The notes under the pieces: model-generated
The model's input: the letters and a program-made list of their open reading frames with translations, nothing else
The model's database searches: none
Told to the model about the DNA's origin: nothing
Part shown: piece by piece, positions 50,410-61,115 of the stretch
Layout: each line of letters opens with the position of its first letter
Position numbering within the stretch: position 1 is the stretch's first letter
Program-made: the position numbers and the translations under genes
Assembly (NCBI GenBank): GCA_024276825.1
Contig: JAJRWI010000004.1
Span: forward strand, 13,723 to 77,722
Reading direction: 5' to 3'
Length of the DNA stretch: 64,000 bases
Source of the DNA: an archaeon
GTDB lineage: Archaea > Asgardarchaeota > Thorarchaeia > Thorarchaeales > Thorarchaeaceae

Positions 50410-50859
50410 ATGACAAAGAGAAATGAGCTTCGCCTTGTAGCAGATCTCATGAATGCCCTGGGGAAACAAGACGCTGTATTCTTGGAACATTGTAGAACTC
50501 TGAAGCATCTTGCTCTGGTTGACCCCCCACGCGCAATCAATGAATACCACTCACTTGCAAAACAGCTATTGGTAGAATCACACGAATGCACAATATACTC
50601 TGAACTCTGCAAGAAGGAAACTGCAATGGCCCTTCGATTAATACAGCGCGGAGTAATCACTTTGGAACTCATTGAAAGTCTGAACCTATTACGGCGCTCG
50701 TTTCTTGATCAGGCTGTAAGACCCGCCCTTTCTGCATATCTGAAGGGCACTAGCAACGACTTGAAATCATTGCAGAACCTCTATCTAGCATTGTTCAAAA
50801 TCGATGAGCTGATTACAATTGCTAGTTTCATTTTACGAATGAGTCATCACAGTTCATGA
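50410..50859 (+). CDS. Hypothetical alpha-helical protein
   Basis: Open frame of about 150 aa divergent from amrS; no recognised motif. Confidence 0.5.
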   Translation: MTKRNELRLVADLMNALGKQDAVFLEHCRTLKHLALVDPPRAINEYHSLAKQLLVESHECTIYSELCKKETAMALRLIQRGVITLELIESLNLLRRSFLDQAVRPALSAYLKGTSNDLKSLQNLYLALFKIDELITIASFILRMSHHSS

Positions 50860-51003
50860 ATGCTTTCAATATTGATTAGTTGTGAGATCCTTTCCATTTT
50901 GTAAGTAGATTTTCACTGAACTTTAACGCTTGATGCTTGAAAAATTATAGTTCTAATACTTCGCATCTTGTCTGAATTTTGATATCATATATGAAATTAA
51001 TGG

Positions 51004-51043
51004 AAATAAAAAAGCGATTGATGGGACAGATTTGTCCCATCAA
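51004..51043 (-). terminator. Hairpin plus T-tract after the 1061-aa surface protein gene
   Basis: Perfect 11-bp stem TTGATGGGACA-GATT-TGTCCCATCAA followed on the minus strand by TTTTTTATTT. Confidence 0.72.
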
Positions 51044-51053
51044 CTTGATGCCA

Positions 51054-54000
51054 CTATTTGCTCCTACGTCTTACAAAAATCTTTGCAATGATTATGATTG
51101 CAATGACGGTCCCCGCTCCAATGAAGAAGCCATATTGAGCCAAGGCTGAACTAAGAATGTCAGTGATCACTTCCACTCCCACTGGATTGTGGACTTGATA
51201 TTCCATAGTGATCACAATACTATTGCCTGCATTATCAATTGCTGTGAAAGTCAGGGTATAATTCCCATTCGTAAAGTCGAGCGTGTTCCATGCAATGGTG
51301 TTCCCACTTGTCGATGAAACGGGCTCTCCATTGACTCTAAACTCTATACTGCTCACACCACTGCCTTCATCCTCTGCAGTGACATAGAATGTCACTACAT
51401 CTCTCACGGGTTCATGAATGGAAGGACCTGACACAGTGAGGATCGGAAGCGTAAAGTCATCGACAAAGTAGCTCAACGGATCGGACTCGTTACCTATGGA
51501 ATCGTATGTGCCAAAGACATCATATGCCACAATATAGTACTCGACTGTTGAACCATACGACTGCGCAGGAATAACTGATCTGTATAATATTCCATTTTGT
51601 GTCATCAACATTGATGTCCACGTGCCATCATTTACCCTGTAAAACAGTGTGATATTCTTGACACCATTGACATCAATCGCGCCAACCGAAATTGTCACAG
51701 CCTGTCCATATTGCGGTTCTTCAGGGCTCATTATGAGTTCAGTAAGTTCAGGTGGTGCCACATCATTCTGAACATCTACTGTGATATAGTCCTCAGCTGT
51801 GAGTCCTGCCACATCATATGCCCTGACAATCAATGTCCTTGTTCCATTACCTACCGTTCTAGAATTCCAGAGGAACTCGTAAGGTTCTGAGCTATCATTA
51901 TATACAGACGTTCCTTCGACAATGAATTCCACATGGTCAATTCCGCTCCCTTCATCATCCGCTGTGGCATTCAATAGAACCTCGCCAACGACAACAATGC
52001 CTGTGTCCGGGTGATCAAAACTCACTGTTGGAACAATATCATCGCCAACAGAGTAGGAATAGTATGCGCCTCCATTGTCATCAATAGCAATATTGCCACA
52101 CCAGTCAATTGCTTGCACATAATATTCGACTGTCTGTCCATATGGCTGAGCTGGAATTATGGCCTGATACGAGTTCGACTCAATTGCTTCTATTGATGTC
52201 CAAGAGCCAGTGGTGCGATAGTACACACTGACCTGCTTAATGTTATATGGCTGGTTATCAATTACATCTAGACTTAAAGCCGCTGATTGATAATACATTG
52301 GTTGTGTTGGATCTAGGGAAATTCCTGTAATCTCTGGTGGAATCTCTTCAACAAATCCGATGTCATCAAATAACACCGTCATGTTATATCCTGCTTCTGT
52401 ACTGGCGATCAGCTCAATCCCAGTGACATTCCACTTATGCTCACCAAAGCTGACATTTAGATCATGAGTGATATTCCTATGTGTTGTTATCCATGAGTCA
52501 GTAATATTGAAATCATCTACAAAGTAAAATACATTGTATGTGTTGTTTATTAGATTACTAGCTGGTGATGCCGCAACTACATAGTGCAAACTATACCCTC
52601 CTTCAAGGGACAGAGTAATCTCAGCTATGCTCAACATTGAGGCTTCGATGTTTAATTTGTTAATCTTCCAAGAAAAGTCAAAGAAATATTCTGGTTGAAT
52701 CTGTGTATGATCATATCTTTCCACTGATATCCACTCTGAATTAACAGATGTGAGATTTAGTGAATATTGACCCGAATGTGCATCGCTAGACCTGGAAATT
52801 CGAGAGGTGTCATAAACACTAGTTACCCATGAATTGATGTTTCCAGATGCTGAGTCCTGACAGTTTCCCTCAAAGCTCGGATCACCAAAAGTATATGTGT
52901 ACAATTTCATGTTATCAATGAGAAGATTAACAGATGAGTTTGCAAATGAACCCAGATTGAGATAAAACCGAACCTCTCTGATACTCATATTGTTGAAATT
53001 GTTATCCAACATAGCTTTAGTTAGATCACATGTGAATCTATTCCACTGGTTTCGAATGCCAAAATCAGGTGCTTTAAGGTATACTGAACCACTCGAATTT
53101 GTAAAATAAATCTCATCCAAATCACTTCCAAGCATGTAATAAAGCCAGACCGAGCCGGACGAGTTTGCAAATTGTACCCGTACATATGCATATTGTCCTC
53201 CTCCATTGTAAATGTCTTTATATTTCCAATCAAACTCGAGTATCGCAGAATACGGTGAAGTTGGATATATTTGCAGATATGGTTGATATGTGACTCTATA
53301 CAGATTAGCAAAGCCAGTATGGTATTGCCCACTTGACCTAATTGTAATGTTTGCCGCATTATTCCCATCAGCCGTGTCAGATGATGTTGTTAACTCTGCT
53401 GGCGATCTATAAGATCCGTACCACGGCGACCCTGTTCCTGACTCAAAGTCACCATTTTCTATTAGTTCGTATCCGGTTCCATTCTGAATGCTTACATCAT
53501 CGATTACCATTGAATTCAGCTCATTGCTATATATTTGGGCATATGTTTGAAGCCAGATTGACGTGATGCGCCTTGAACTATCAAATGGCAAATAACTATA
53601 TACAGAATAGAAGTCCTGTGTCAAGTTCCTTGAGAACAAGTTCCATACACCTATGCTGCTGTTCATCATGAAATATGTTGTATATGTTGAATTTGATGCA
53701 GAATAACTCCCATAACAAACAATATAGATGAAAGAAAAATAGACATTGCTGGAGTTTGTCGTTTCAAAATATATCTGGAACATTGAATTTTTATCTAATG
53801 CACCAGGATCCTTAATGTAGTAATAAAGATTGGCAGTCAGACTCTCATTAATAAAACTGTCAGAATCTGAAAAATACTGTCGGATTGATGGATATGCATT
53901 GGCCATAGATGAAGCATGCCCTTCAATATATCCTGAATATGCCCCATTGTGAACTATATCTTGATATGTTGAATTATATAATGAATATTCTGTTCCATAA

Positions 54001-54239
54001 GCTGAGAAGTAGAGGGGTTGTCCCTCTGCACTGAGTTCTTCAAATGATGGGTTTCTAATCACATTTGTTTTCAACAGATCACTATATGATTCTACTGCTT
54101 TCTCGTTTGTATGATTGTTCATGTTTCTATTCTGAACAATCTGTACCCTCTCATTTGATGGCAATATTGACACAACAATCACTGATTGAATCAATAAGAC
54201 TGAAATCAGACAAAGAATCATGATACTATTTTTCCGCAC
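51054..54239 (-). CDS. Large cell-surface protein: three CBM-like jelly-roll repeats, Ig-like domains, C-terminal TM anchor
   Basis: Signal peptide; NPSFEE, NGDFES, DPSFEG starts with ..IDDV/IDN/FDD ends; AIDWCGN, AYDVAG, AIDNAGN Ig repeats; TM plus RRRSK. Confidence 0.8.
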   Translation of the reverse strand: MRKNSIMILCLISVLLIQSVIVVSILPSNERVQIVQNRNMNNHTNEKAVESYSDLLKTNVIRNPSFEELSAEGQPLYFSAYGTEYSLYNSTYQDIVHNGAYSGYIEGHASSMANAYPSIRQYFSDSDSFINESLTANLYYYIKDPGALDKNSMFQIYFETTNSSNVYFSFIYIVCYGSYSASNSTYTTYFMMNSSIGVWNLFSRNLTQDFYSVYSYLPFDSSRRITSIWLQTYAQIYSNELNSMVIDDVSIQNGTGYELIENGDFESGTGSPWYGSYRSPAELTTSSDTADGNNAANITIRSSGQYHTGFANLYRVTYQPYLQIYPTSPYSAILEFDWKYKDIYNGGGQYAYVRVQFANSSGSVWLYYMLGSDLDEIYFTNSSGSVYLKAPDFGIRNQWNRFTCDLTKAMLDNNFNNMSIREVRFYLNLGSFANSSVNLLIDNMKLYTYTFGDPSFEGNCQDSASGNINSWVTSVYDTSRISRSSDAHSGQYSLNLTSVNSEWISVERYDHTQIQPEYFFDFSWKINKLNIEASMLSIAEITLSLEGGYSLHYVVAASPASNLINNTYNVFYFVDDFNITDSWITTHRNITHDLNVSFGEHKWNVTGIELIASTEAGYNMTVLFDDIGFVEEIPPEITGISLDPTQPMYYQSAALSLDVIDNQPYNIKQVSVYYRTTGSWTSIEAIESNSYQAIIPAQPYGQTVEYYVQAIDWCGNIAIDDNGGAYYSYSVGDDIVPTVSFDHPDTGIVVVGEVLLNATADDEGSGIDHVEFIVEGTSVYNDSSEPYEFLWNSRTVGNGTRTLIVRAYDVAGLTAEDYITVDVQNDVAPPELTELIMSPEEPQYGQAVTISVGAIDVNGVKNITLFYRVNDGTWTSMLMTQNGILYRSVIPAQSYGSTVEYYIVAYDVFGTYDSIGNESDPLSYFVDDFTLPILTVSGPSIHEPVRDVVTFYVTAEDEGSGVSSIEFRVNGEPVSSTSGNTIAWNTLDFTNGNYTLTFTAIDNAGNSIVITMEYQVHNPVGVEVITDILSSALAQYGFFIGAGTVIAIIIIAKIFVRRRSK

Positions 54240-54716
54240 TTTCTCTCACCTTGTTGACTCAAAACCATGACAAGGAGAATTGGCCAGAAATCAATCAATA
54301 CTGGTTGCACTTTATACATTTGCCTTACTTCCTTGGCGCGGCATCGAGTTTCCTTAATTTTTGAATAATTCACGATCAAGCAATATTAAAGATTTCGAAA
54401 AACAGAAACTTCAGTTGAGGGATCAGTTCGTTTGATAGAAGAAATCTGTACAACTGGACAAAGTTATTGAATGGACCCGCTTTCTCATGAATTTGACTAA
54501 TCAGCAAATGCTGAACTATTTGAGGTAAACTTTCATCGAGACCGAATTGTAAATTATAATTATAGATGCAAATCGGTGGAATTAGATATATTTGATTTAT
54601 AGCAAGAACTGGGAGGTTTTTTCAACTCATTAATTTCCTCATTCCTACTTACTGCTTGATGGGGAAAAAGTGAATAATATGATGGCACAACAATAGTAGT
54701 ATTAGAGGACATAATC

Positions 54717-57560
54717 ATGAGAACGCGTGCTTCTGCAATTGTTCTGGCTTTAATTCTTACTGGAATGCTTCTAATTGCCATTTATCTCACACAACCGAAG
54801 CCAATTCATGATAAAACACCCCCCGTAATCACAATAACAACCCCCATCGATGGCGCCACTTTATCGGGGCTAACAACAGTTTCGTTTTCTGCTACTGACG
54901 ACAACACAATAGTGACTTATGAGATCAGAATTGATGATATCATCCGCGCCAATACATCGACCTATGAATGGAATACCACCCTTGAACTTGATGGTGAACA
55001 TATTGTCCTATGTCGTGCTCAAGATGATTCTGGAAACTGGGGCGAATCTTCAATTTCGGTGACTATTGAAAACAATGAATCTCCACAACCCGCTCCTGCA
55101 AACGAATATATTTTCAAGATTATGACCTATAACATCGAAGAGAGTGGTGTGAATCCCGACTGGAAGAAAGTGGTCAAAGAGGAGAATCCCGACATTCTCA
55201 TCCTTATTGAAACAGGCACATGGGATGACAATAGCAGCGAGGTTCTCACTAAGGTGGTTAATGAGTTCAATGAGTATTTTTCTGATGAGCAGCCATATGT
55301 TGGCTATTGCGCTCAGGGCATATCTTTTGATACTGATGGTGAGGCGATTTTAAGCAGATTTCCTGTGGTTGCATTTAACCAGATTTCAACTGTCGAGCTT
55401 GATAATGGAAGCAGTTATGATGTGACTCATGACTTTATCGAAGCAGTTGTCACAATTGGTGATGACAATGTACATATCTTCGGCGCTCATCTGAAATCGA
55501 GTTCTGGCGCTGAGAATGAATGGCGCAGAGAACTTGAAACAGAGGGCATAATCAACTATATGGACTCTCTGGGGGATGTTCCCATCATATATATGGGCGA
55601 CTTGAATTCTTTCTCTCCGGATGACACGGGAAACCTTGCACCATCAGGTGATCTGGGATATGGACCTCTCACTATGATGCTTCATTCTGAAGACTCAACT
55701 TATGGAAAACACTCCTCAACAGTACACTCATTTATTGATATATTTAGAACCCTCAATCCTTCGGAACCCGGCTATACATATGGACACCAGAATCCCTCTT
55801 ACAAGTCCAGGATAGACTACATCCTTGCGAATTCGTTCTTCTTAAAGAAATTGATAAACTCCACAACAGGTGATACTCCTTCAGCGGACACTGGTTCAGA
55901 CCACTATTCGGTTGATGTGTTTATCAACTGGAATTCCACGATTGAACCCGACTCCACTCCTCCCAGCAAGGTCATAGGCATAAATGCAACTGCAGTGAGC
56001 ACCTCACAGATTGATCTTGTTTGGTCTGCAAACACTGAACCTGACTTGCTGTACTATAGAGTCTATAGAAATGGGAGCCTACTTACAGCAACCTCCAACA
56101 CATCATATTCCGATACAGGACTCATAGACGCAACAACATACTTCTATGAGGTTTCAGCAGTGGACACAAGCCTGAATGAGGGCCCGCCTTCAGATCCAGT
56201 CAATGCAACTACTTACAGAAGTGGGGATCCTGACCTTGTTGTGATCAATGAATTCCTCCCCGACCCAGATGTATCCTACACTGAAGAATGGATCGAACTC
56301 TATAATCCCCAACCTTTGGCTACTGACCTAACAGGATACTACCTCGATGATGTGCTAAACAGCGGAAGCTCACCATATCAAATTCCCTCAGGGACTGTTA
56401 TTGATGCTTATGGTTTTCTTGTATTTTATCAGAATGAAACAGGAGTAAACCTCAATAATGCAGGCGATGATGTTAATCTGTTGAAACCCGACGGTCTAAC
56501 TGTGATTGACTCGTGCTCATATAACTCATCAAGCAATGATGTGAGTATTGGCCGTGCCAGTGATGGAAATGGAACATGGATATCTTTCAGCAATCCCACT
56601 CCTGGCGCAAGCAATAATATTACCAGCAATGATGCTGATCTGATTGTGATAAACGAGTTCCTGCCCAGTCCGAATACCGAATATTCGGTGGAATGGATTG
56701 AACTTTATAACCCTCTCAACATTTCAGTTGACATCTCAGGGTATTACCTTGATGACAATATTACTGGCGGCAGCAGTCCATATAGGATCCCAATCGGCAC
56801 AGTCATACCTGCTCATGGCTTTCTAGTGTTCAATCAGAGCGCGACAGGAGTCATACTTAATGACGCTGGCGACTCGATAAACTACATCAAAGACAATGGC
56901 ATTGATGTATTGGACTCCTATACTTACTCATCACTAGGGGATGACATCAGTATAGGTCGAACTGTCGATGGAGGCTCACAATGGACAACATTCACTAGCC
57001 CAACTCCGGGAAGGAGTAATAATGGTTCAAATAGCAACGCCGAATATATAGTGCTCAACGAGTTTCTTCCCGATCCCAATACATTGTTCAGTGAAGAATG
57101 GATAGAACTCTACAATCCCCTAAACATTAATGTTGATGTTTCAGGATTTATAATTGATGACATTATCTCTGGCGGGAGTTCCCCATTCACAATTCCCGAT
57201 GGCACAATAATTCCTGCCCGAAGCTTTATTGTGTTCACTCAGAGTACAACAGGAATCTATCTGAACAATGCAGGCGACACGGTCAATTATATCGCGTCTG
57301 ATGGGATCACGATCATAGACTCCCATTCCTACCCCTCTTCCAGTAATGATGTCAGCATTGGACGGATCACAGACGGGAATTCCACTTGGACCACATTCAA
57401 TAATCCAACACCAGGCTCAAGCAACAACAGCTCAGCTCTATTTTCGCTCTCGCTGGCTCTGTGGACCGACAAGACAATTAATCTAGTCAACAATAATCAC
57501 ATCCTGTCAGTTAATATGAAACCGAACATCTACAAAAGGATTCTTTGCCCAACTAAATGA
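54717..57560 (+). CDS. Secreted endonuclease/exonuclease/phosphatase with Ig-like, FN3 and three lamin-tail domains
   Basis: MTYNI, DIL.L.E, HLKS, GDLN, RIDYI, SDHY catalytic set; FN3 (Y.DTGL...Y.VSAVD); three INEFLP.P..EWIELYN...LNNAGD...PTPG units. Confidence 0.88.
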   Translation: MRTRASAIVLALILTGMLLIAIYLTQPKPIHDKTPPVITITTPIDGATLSGLTTVSFSATDDNTIVTYEIRIDDIIRANTSTYEWNTTLELDGEHIVLCRAQDDSGNWGESSISVTIENNESPQPAPANEYIFKIMTYNIEESGVNPDWKKVVKEENPDILILIETGTWDDNSSEVLTKVVNEFNEYFSDEQPYVGYCAQGISFDTDGEAILSRFPVVAFNQISTVELDNGSSYDVTHDFIEAVVTIGDDNVHIFGAHLKSSSGAENEWRRELETEGIINYMDSLGDVPIIYMGDLNSFSPDDTGNLAPSGDLGYGPLTMMLHSEDSTYGKHSSTVHSFIDIFRTLNPSEPGYTYGHQNPSYKSRIDYILANSFFLKKLINSTTGDTPSADTGSDHYSVDVFINWNSTIEPDSTPPSKVIGINATAVSTSQIDLVWSANTEPDLLYYRVYRNGSLLTATSNTSYSDTGLIDATTYFYEVSAVDTSLNEGPPSDPVNATTYRSGDPDLVVINEFLPDPDVSYTEEWIELYNPQPLATDLTGYYLDDVLNSGSSPYQIPSGTVIDAYGFLVFYQNETGVNLNNAGDDVNLLKPDGLTVIDSCSYNSSSNDVSIGRASDGNGTWISFSNPTPGASNNITSNDADLIVINEFLPSPNTEYSVEWIELYNPLNISVDISGYYLDDNITGGSSPYRIPIGTVIPAHGFLVFNQSATGVILNDAGDSINYIKDNGIDVLDSYTYSSLGDDISIGRTVDGGSQWTTFTSPTPGRSNNGSNSNAEYIVLNEFLPDPNTLFSEEWIELYNPLNINVDVSGFIIDDIISGGSSPFTIPDGTIIPARSFIVFTQSTTGIYLNNAGDTVNYIASDGITIIDSHSYPSSSNDVSIGRITDGNSTWTTFNNPTPGSSNNSSALFSLSLALWTDKTINLVNNNHILSVNMKPNIYKRILCPTK
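56230..57430 (+). repeat. Three tandem lamin-tail-domain coding repeats (about 400 bp each)
   Basis: Near-identical protein units starting at VINEFLP / LNEFLP around 56240, 56645 and 57050. Confidence 0.8.
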
Positions 57561-57698
57561 TTAAATCCCCACAACACCCTTGAATCGTAATTTTGAAAAC
57601 AAACCACAATTTTATTTGCTTTTGACTCCACCATATCAATGTTTAAAACAAGATATTCAACATATCGACATAGTACTCGAATATACGGGTGTAATAGA

Positions 57699-58574
57699 AT
57701 GGCTGATGCAATTGAATGGACAAATGCCGGACCAGATCAAATAGTCTGGCGCTATCCGAGCAACCGAATAAAATGGGGTTCAGAACTAATCGTTATGGAG
57801 AACCAAGCCGCTATCTTCTATCGAGATGGAAAGGCTCTCGACACATTCCTCGCAGGTCGTCATAAATTGACCACCAGCAGCATGCCAGGCCTTGCAGGCT
57901 GGCTTCAGAAAAAAATCAAGGGCGATGTGTTCGAAGCAACTTGCGTGTTTATATCTAGATCACAATTCCAGGGAAAGTTTGGTGGCCGCGGTCAGACGAG
58001 TGACCTCGCGCCTCTCATGTTCCATGGCAATTTTTGGTATCGCGTTAAAGAACCTAATATTTTTGTGCAAGATGTTGTGGGCAATCAGAACGCCTTCTCA
58101 ACTAAGAAAGTCAATGACTACCTTAGATCCTTCATGAATGAACGCATTATTGATGAGTTTGCTCACTACGACCTCCAGACTGTCTTCACACAACTTGATG
58201 AAACCTCTTTGAAGGTCAAGACCAAGGTCAGAATGGCCTTCGAGAGAATTGGTCTTGAACTAGTGGACCTAAAGTTCGAAGGAATTGATACCACTGAAAA
58301 ATACAGGGAGAGACTATTCTGGTTGAAGACCGGTGGTGTGAGTGGTTCACAGGTGATGGGTGCCGAAACCATGGAGAGTGCCGCAGAGTCGTTGGGACAC
58401 AGTCCTGGAGCGGGCTTTGGAGCAGGCATGGGATTCATGGGAGCAATGGCTGGCACATTGCAAGGTGGTCAGGGTGGAGCAGCAGCTCCCGCAGGAGCAA
58501 AGTTCTGTCCCAACTGTGGTACCAAGCTGAACGGGGCGAAGTTCTGTCCAAACTGTGGTACAAAGATCGGTTAG
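57699..58574 (+). CDS. SPFH/band-7 domain protein (YdjI-like) with double zinc ribbon
   Basis: IVWRYP...GSELIV.ENQ.AIF..DG, GAG.GAGMG linker, FCPNCG.KL..AKFCPNCG. Confidence 0.88.
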   Translation: MADAIEWTNAGPDQIVWRYPSNRIKWGSELIVMENQAAIFYRDGKALDTFLAGRHKLTTSSMPGLAGWLQKKIKGDVFEATCVFISRSQFQGKFGGRGQTSDLAPLMFHGNFWYRVKEPNIFVQDVVGNQNAFSTKKVNDYLRSFMNERIIDEFAHYDLQTVFTQLDETSLKVKTKVRMAFERIGLELVDLKFEGIDTTEKYRERLFWLKTGGVSGSQVMGAETMESAAESLGHSPGAGFGAGMGFMGAMAGTLQGGQGGAAAPAGAKFCPNCGTKLNGAKFCPNCGTKIG

Positions 58575-58580
58575 TCTAAA

Positions 58581-58623
58581 TGCTGAGTGGGGAGCGTCCC
58601 ACTCGCACCTCTTCTTTTTATTT
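58581..58623 (+). terminator. Hairpin plus T-tract after the SPFH gene
   Basis: GAGTGGG-GAGCGT-CCCACTC followed by GCACCTCTTCTTTTTATTT. Confidence 0.65.
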
Positions 58624-58690
58624 CCTCCTCGCAAATCACTCAGAGTAAGCGAGTGTGGAGCTTTTATCATAATTCTGCGCACAATTAATC

Positions 58691-58969
58691 ATGACACAAA
58701 TTTGTAATGATACTGTTCTTGTCTTTCAGAACGCGATAACTTATGCTATGAATGAGGAATGGCGAAGGCAATACGATCCTGAGTATATGGACTTAGAGCA
58801 CACTGCAGAGATTGAACAGGTGCTTGAGATTCCATTTGAAAATTGGCCCTATCTTCCACTGCTAGGCCTACACTTTCTTCTCATGGCCCTGATTCGGCGG
58901 GGGCACGATATTGAAGAGATTCATAGCAAATACAATGCTTACATGAATGATGTCTATTGGGCTTGTTGA
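58691..58969 (+). CDS. Hypothetical protein (92 aa)
   Basis: ATG-started ORF with protein-like composition, after a TATA-like TTTTATCATAA. Confidence 0.4.
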   Translation: MTQICNDTVLVFQNAITYAMNEEWRRQYDPEYMDLEHTAEIEQVLEIPFENWPYLPLLGLHFLLMALIRRGHDIEEIHSKYNAYMNDVYWAC

Positions 58970-59918
58970 TCGGATAACATCCCACCAAATTAGCAAAAGG
59001 GCAAGCTCTCCTGCGAGTGCTTTTCCTCGCATGCATTTTTGATATGACTTTTTGATACACACCCCAGTGTTAATACTTGGGGATTGTGCGTAGATGCGTA
59101 GAGCTTGGACAGAGTTGGACACCAATCAAAAGAACATCTAAGAAGTCCTCTATGAAATTGTGAGGAGTTTAAATGGTCTCATCGGAAACAATGGTCTGAA
59201 ATGTGTTCACTGCCATTCGTGGACGGACAGTACTATTATGTCCAAGATTGTGTTCAATTTACAATAAACGGTATAAAGAAATGCAGTAATCACAGTTCTG
59301 ATTGCAGAGCCTGAAGTGATGTATCTCTAAATGTGAATGAGCAGTCCAAATGTAGTGTATATTGCTACAAAGGCCAGAACTCTTATCACCACATCCTTTG
59401 AATGGTCAATAGAGCTCATTGTAATGCTGAAGGAATTGATATAGAATACAAGCACTTTGGGCGATTGGCTTGTGATGAGACCCCTTCTATTTTGAGTTAG
59501 TCTACTGATGACTTTTGAATATTGCAATTTTTCCATAATCCAACTCAATTGTTCTACGAGTTCTTTAATATTGCTGATAATATCTCATGCTGATGAGATT
59601 GCAAAGAGAAATGCGAGTCAAGCTTACCACTCAAGATATTTACAGACCTTTGCTCAAAAATTATTTGGGAACTGAAATAATTTGCATAGTTTTGTCCAAT
59701 TAATTGAATCTATTCGCATTTGCGAATTGGGTTAATGACTTTTATTTTTGGAATAGAATCTCTTTTTCTCTCATCAACAATTGACCTGGCCACTTTTTCC
59801 TATTCCCACTTATTCATCCACTGTTATAATATCTGCCATATTAAGAATTATTCTGGGTTGTTGATCAAACAACAAATTGATCTGATGACAAATCTATGCC
59901 TATCATTTTGATGCAAGA

Positions 59919-60365
59919 TCATGATTTCATTTTGAAATCATGCAACCTCTCAAGGAGTTCATCAATACTGTACACAATGACTCCCGCCAATTGGATTGCA
60001 CCCATAACATACTGATTCTTGTACATTCTACCTTGTCCCTCCCGTTTTGCTCTGATGTCGGTATATAGACCAATGATTGGTTTTTCAAGAGCATAGGCAA
60101 CGCCAATCTCACAGGCAACGCCGCTGTCAATTGGGAACTGATCGATGCATGCCACAAGGAGATCACACGAGCGAATCGCTTCAGTGTCAACCTCAAAGAT
60201 CTTCTCATTTGTGGGTGCCGTTTCATAAGTCATTGGAGTTTCCTGTGGTAGGAAAACCTCATAGCCAAGGTTTCTTAGCTTCTCTGCACACATTTTATTG
60301 AACATTCGATCGGCTTGCGAAAACAAAGCATTAGCCCAGTAGATTTTCTTGATTTTCCCATTCAT
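59919..60365 (-). CDS. Nucleoside 2-deoxyribosyltransferase family protein
   Basis: KIYWANALFS, VFLPQE, IF..D..AI..CD, DSGVACEIG.AYA..KPI, NQYV.G. Confidence 0.88.
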   Translation of the reverse strand: MNGKIKKIYWANALFSQADRMFNKMCAEKLRNLGYEVFLPQETPMTYETAPTNEKIFEVDTEAIRSCDLLVACIDQFPIDSGVACEIGVAYALEKPIIGLYTDIRAKREGQGRMYKNQYVMGAIQLAGVIVYSIDELLERLHDFKMKS

Positions 60366-60497
60366 GGCTGAACACCTGAACTTGATCAGTTGCATTATCT
60401 GTCTTTTGATCTGCAGCTAGTATAATGATGAACAGGAGTTCTTAGATGCTGAGGCTTATATACATGAAGCAAGTGAACGAATAATGGAGAATATGTC

Positions 60498-61115
60498 ATG
60501 AGCCCTGAATCCGACTTGCCCGATGATGCAGAAGAGATGGCTGATGAGATAGTGAATGCTGTTGAAGAACAGGATGAAACTGATGATGCACTTACTAGTG
60601 CTGAACGTGAGATTGAACGAAAGAAAGAGATTGAACGTGTGAGAAAGGCAAGGGAGCTCAAACGCCAGCTGAGAAAGCGTGAGCTGGGATTGCTCTCCTA
60701 CAGATGGCCCGCACTTATTTTAATAGTCGCAGGTGCTCTCTCAATTTGGACCGAGTTTCTTGATGTCATGGTTCATCCTGATGGTCTGGGCTACGATAGC
60801 TTTTGGCAGATGTTCAATCTACGCCCGGAAATCAATGTGAAATTCTATTTCTTTATTCCAGTCATTGCAGGAGCTCTCTTTATCCTATGTGGAATAGTGG
60901 CTTATCGAGACCCGCGTGGGGCATTCACTGCAATTCTCCCATCTCTGATGATGATAATGGTTGGAGCAAATGTCTATTTTCAAGTCACCTTCCTAGTCAC
61001 TTTCGCCTACGAATCCGGGCTTGATGTCACGCTGTATGCCACAGGTGCCCCCCTGACCATGTTGATCTGTGGTCTTCTAGGGTTTCTGGCACTGGCGATG
61101 AGGGAGAAGGAATAA
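60498..61115 (+). CDS. Membrane protein with acidic/coiled N-terminus and about 4 TM helices
   Basis: Charged N-terminal 60 aa followed by four hydrophobic segments. Confidence 0.65.
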   Translation: MSPESDLPDDAEEMADEIVNAVEEQDETDDALTSAEREIERKKEIERVRKARELKRQLRKRELGLLSYRWPALILIVAGALSIWTEFLDVMVHPDGLGYDSFWQMFNLRPEINVKFYFFIPVIAGALFILCGIVAYRDPRGAFTAILPSLMMIMVGANVYFQVTFLVTFAYESGLDVTLYATGAPLTMLICGLLGFLALAMREKE

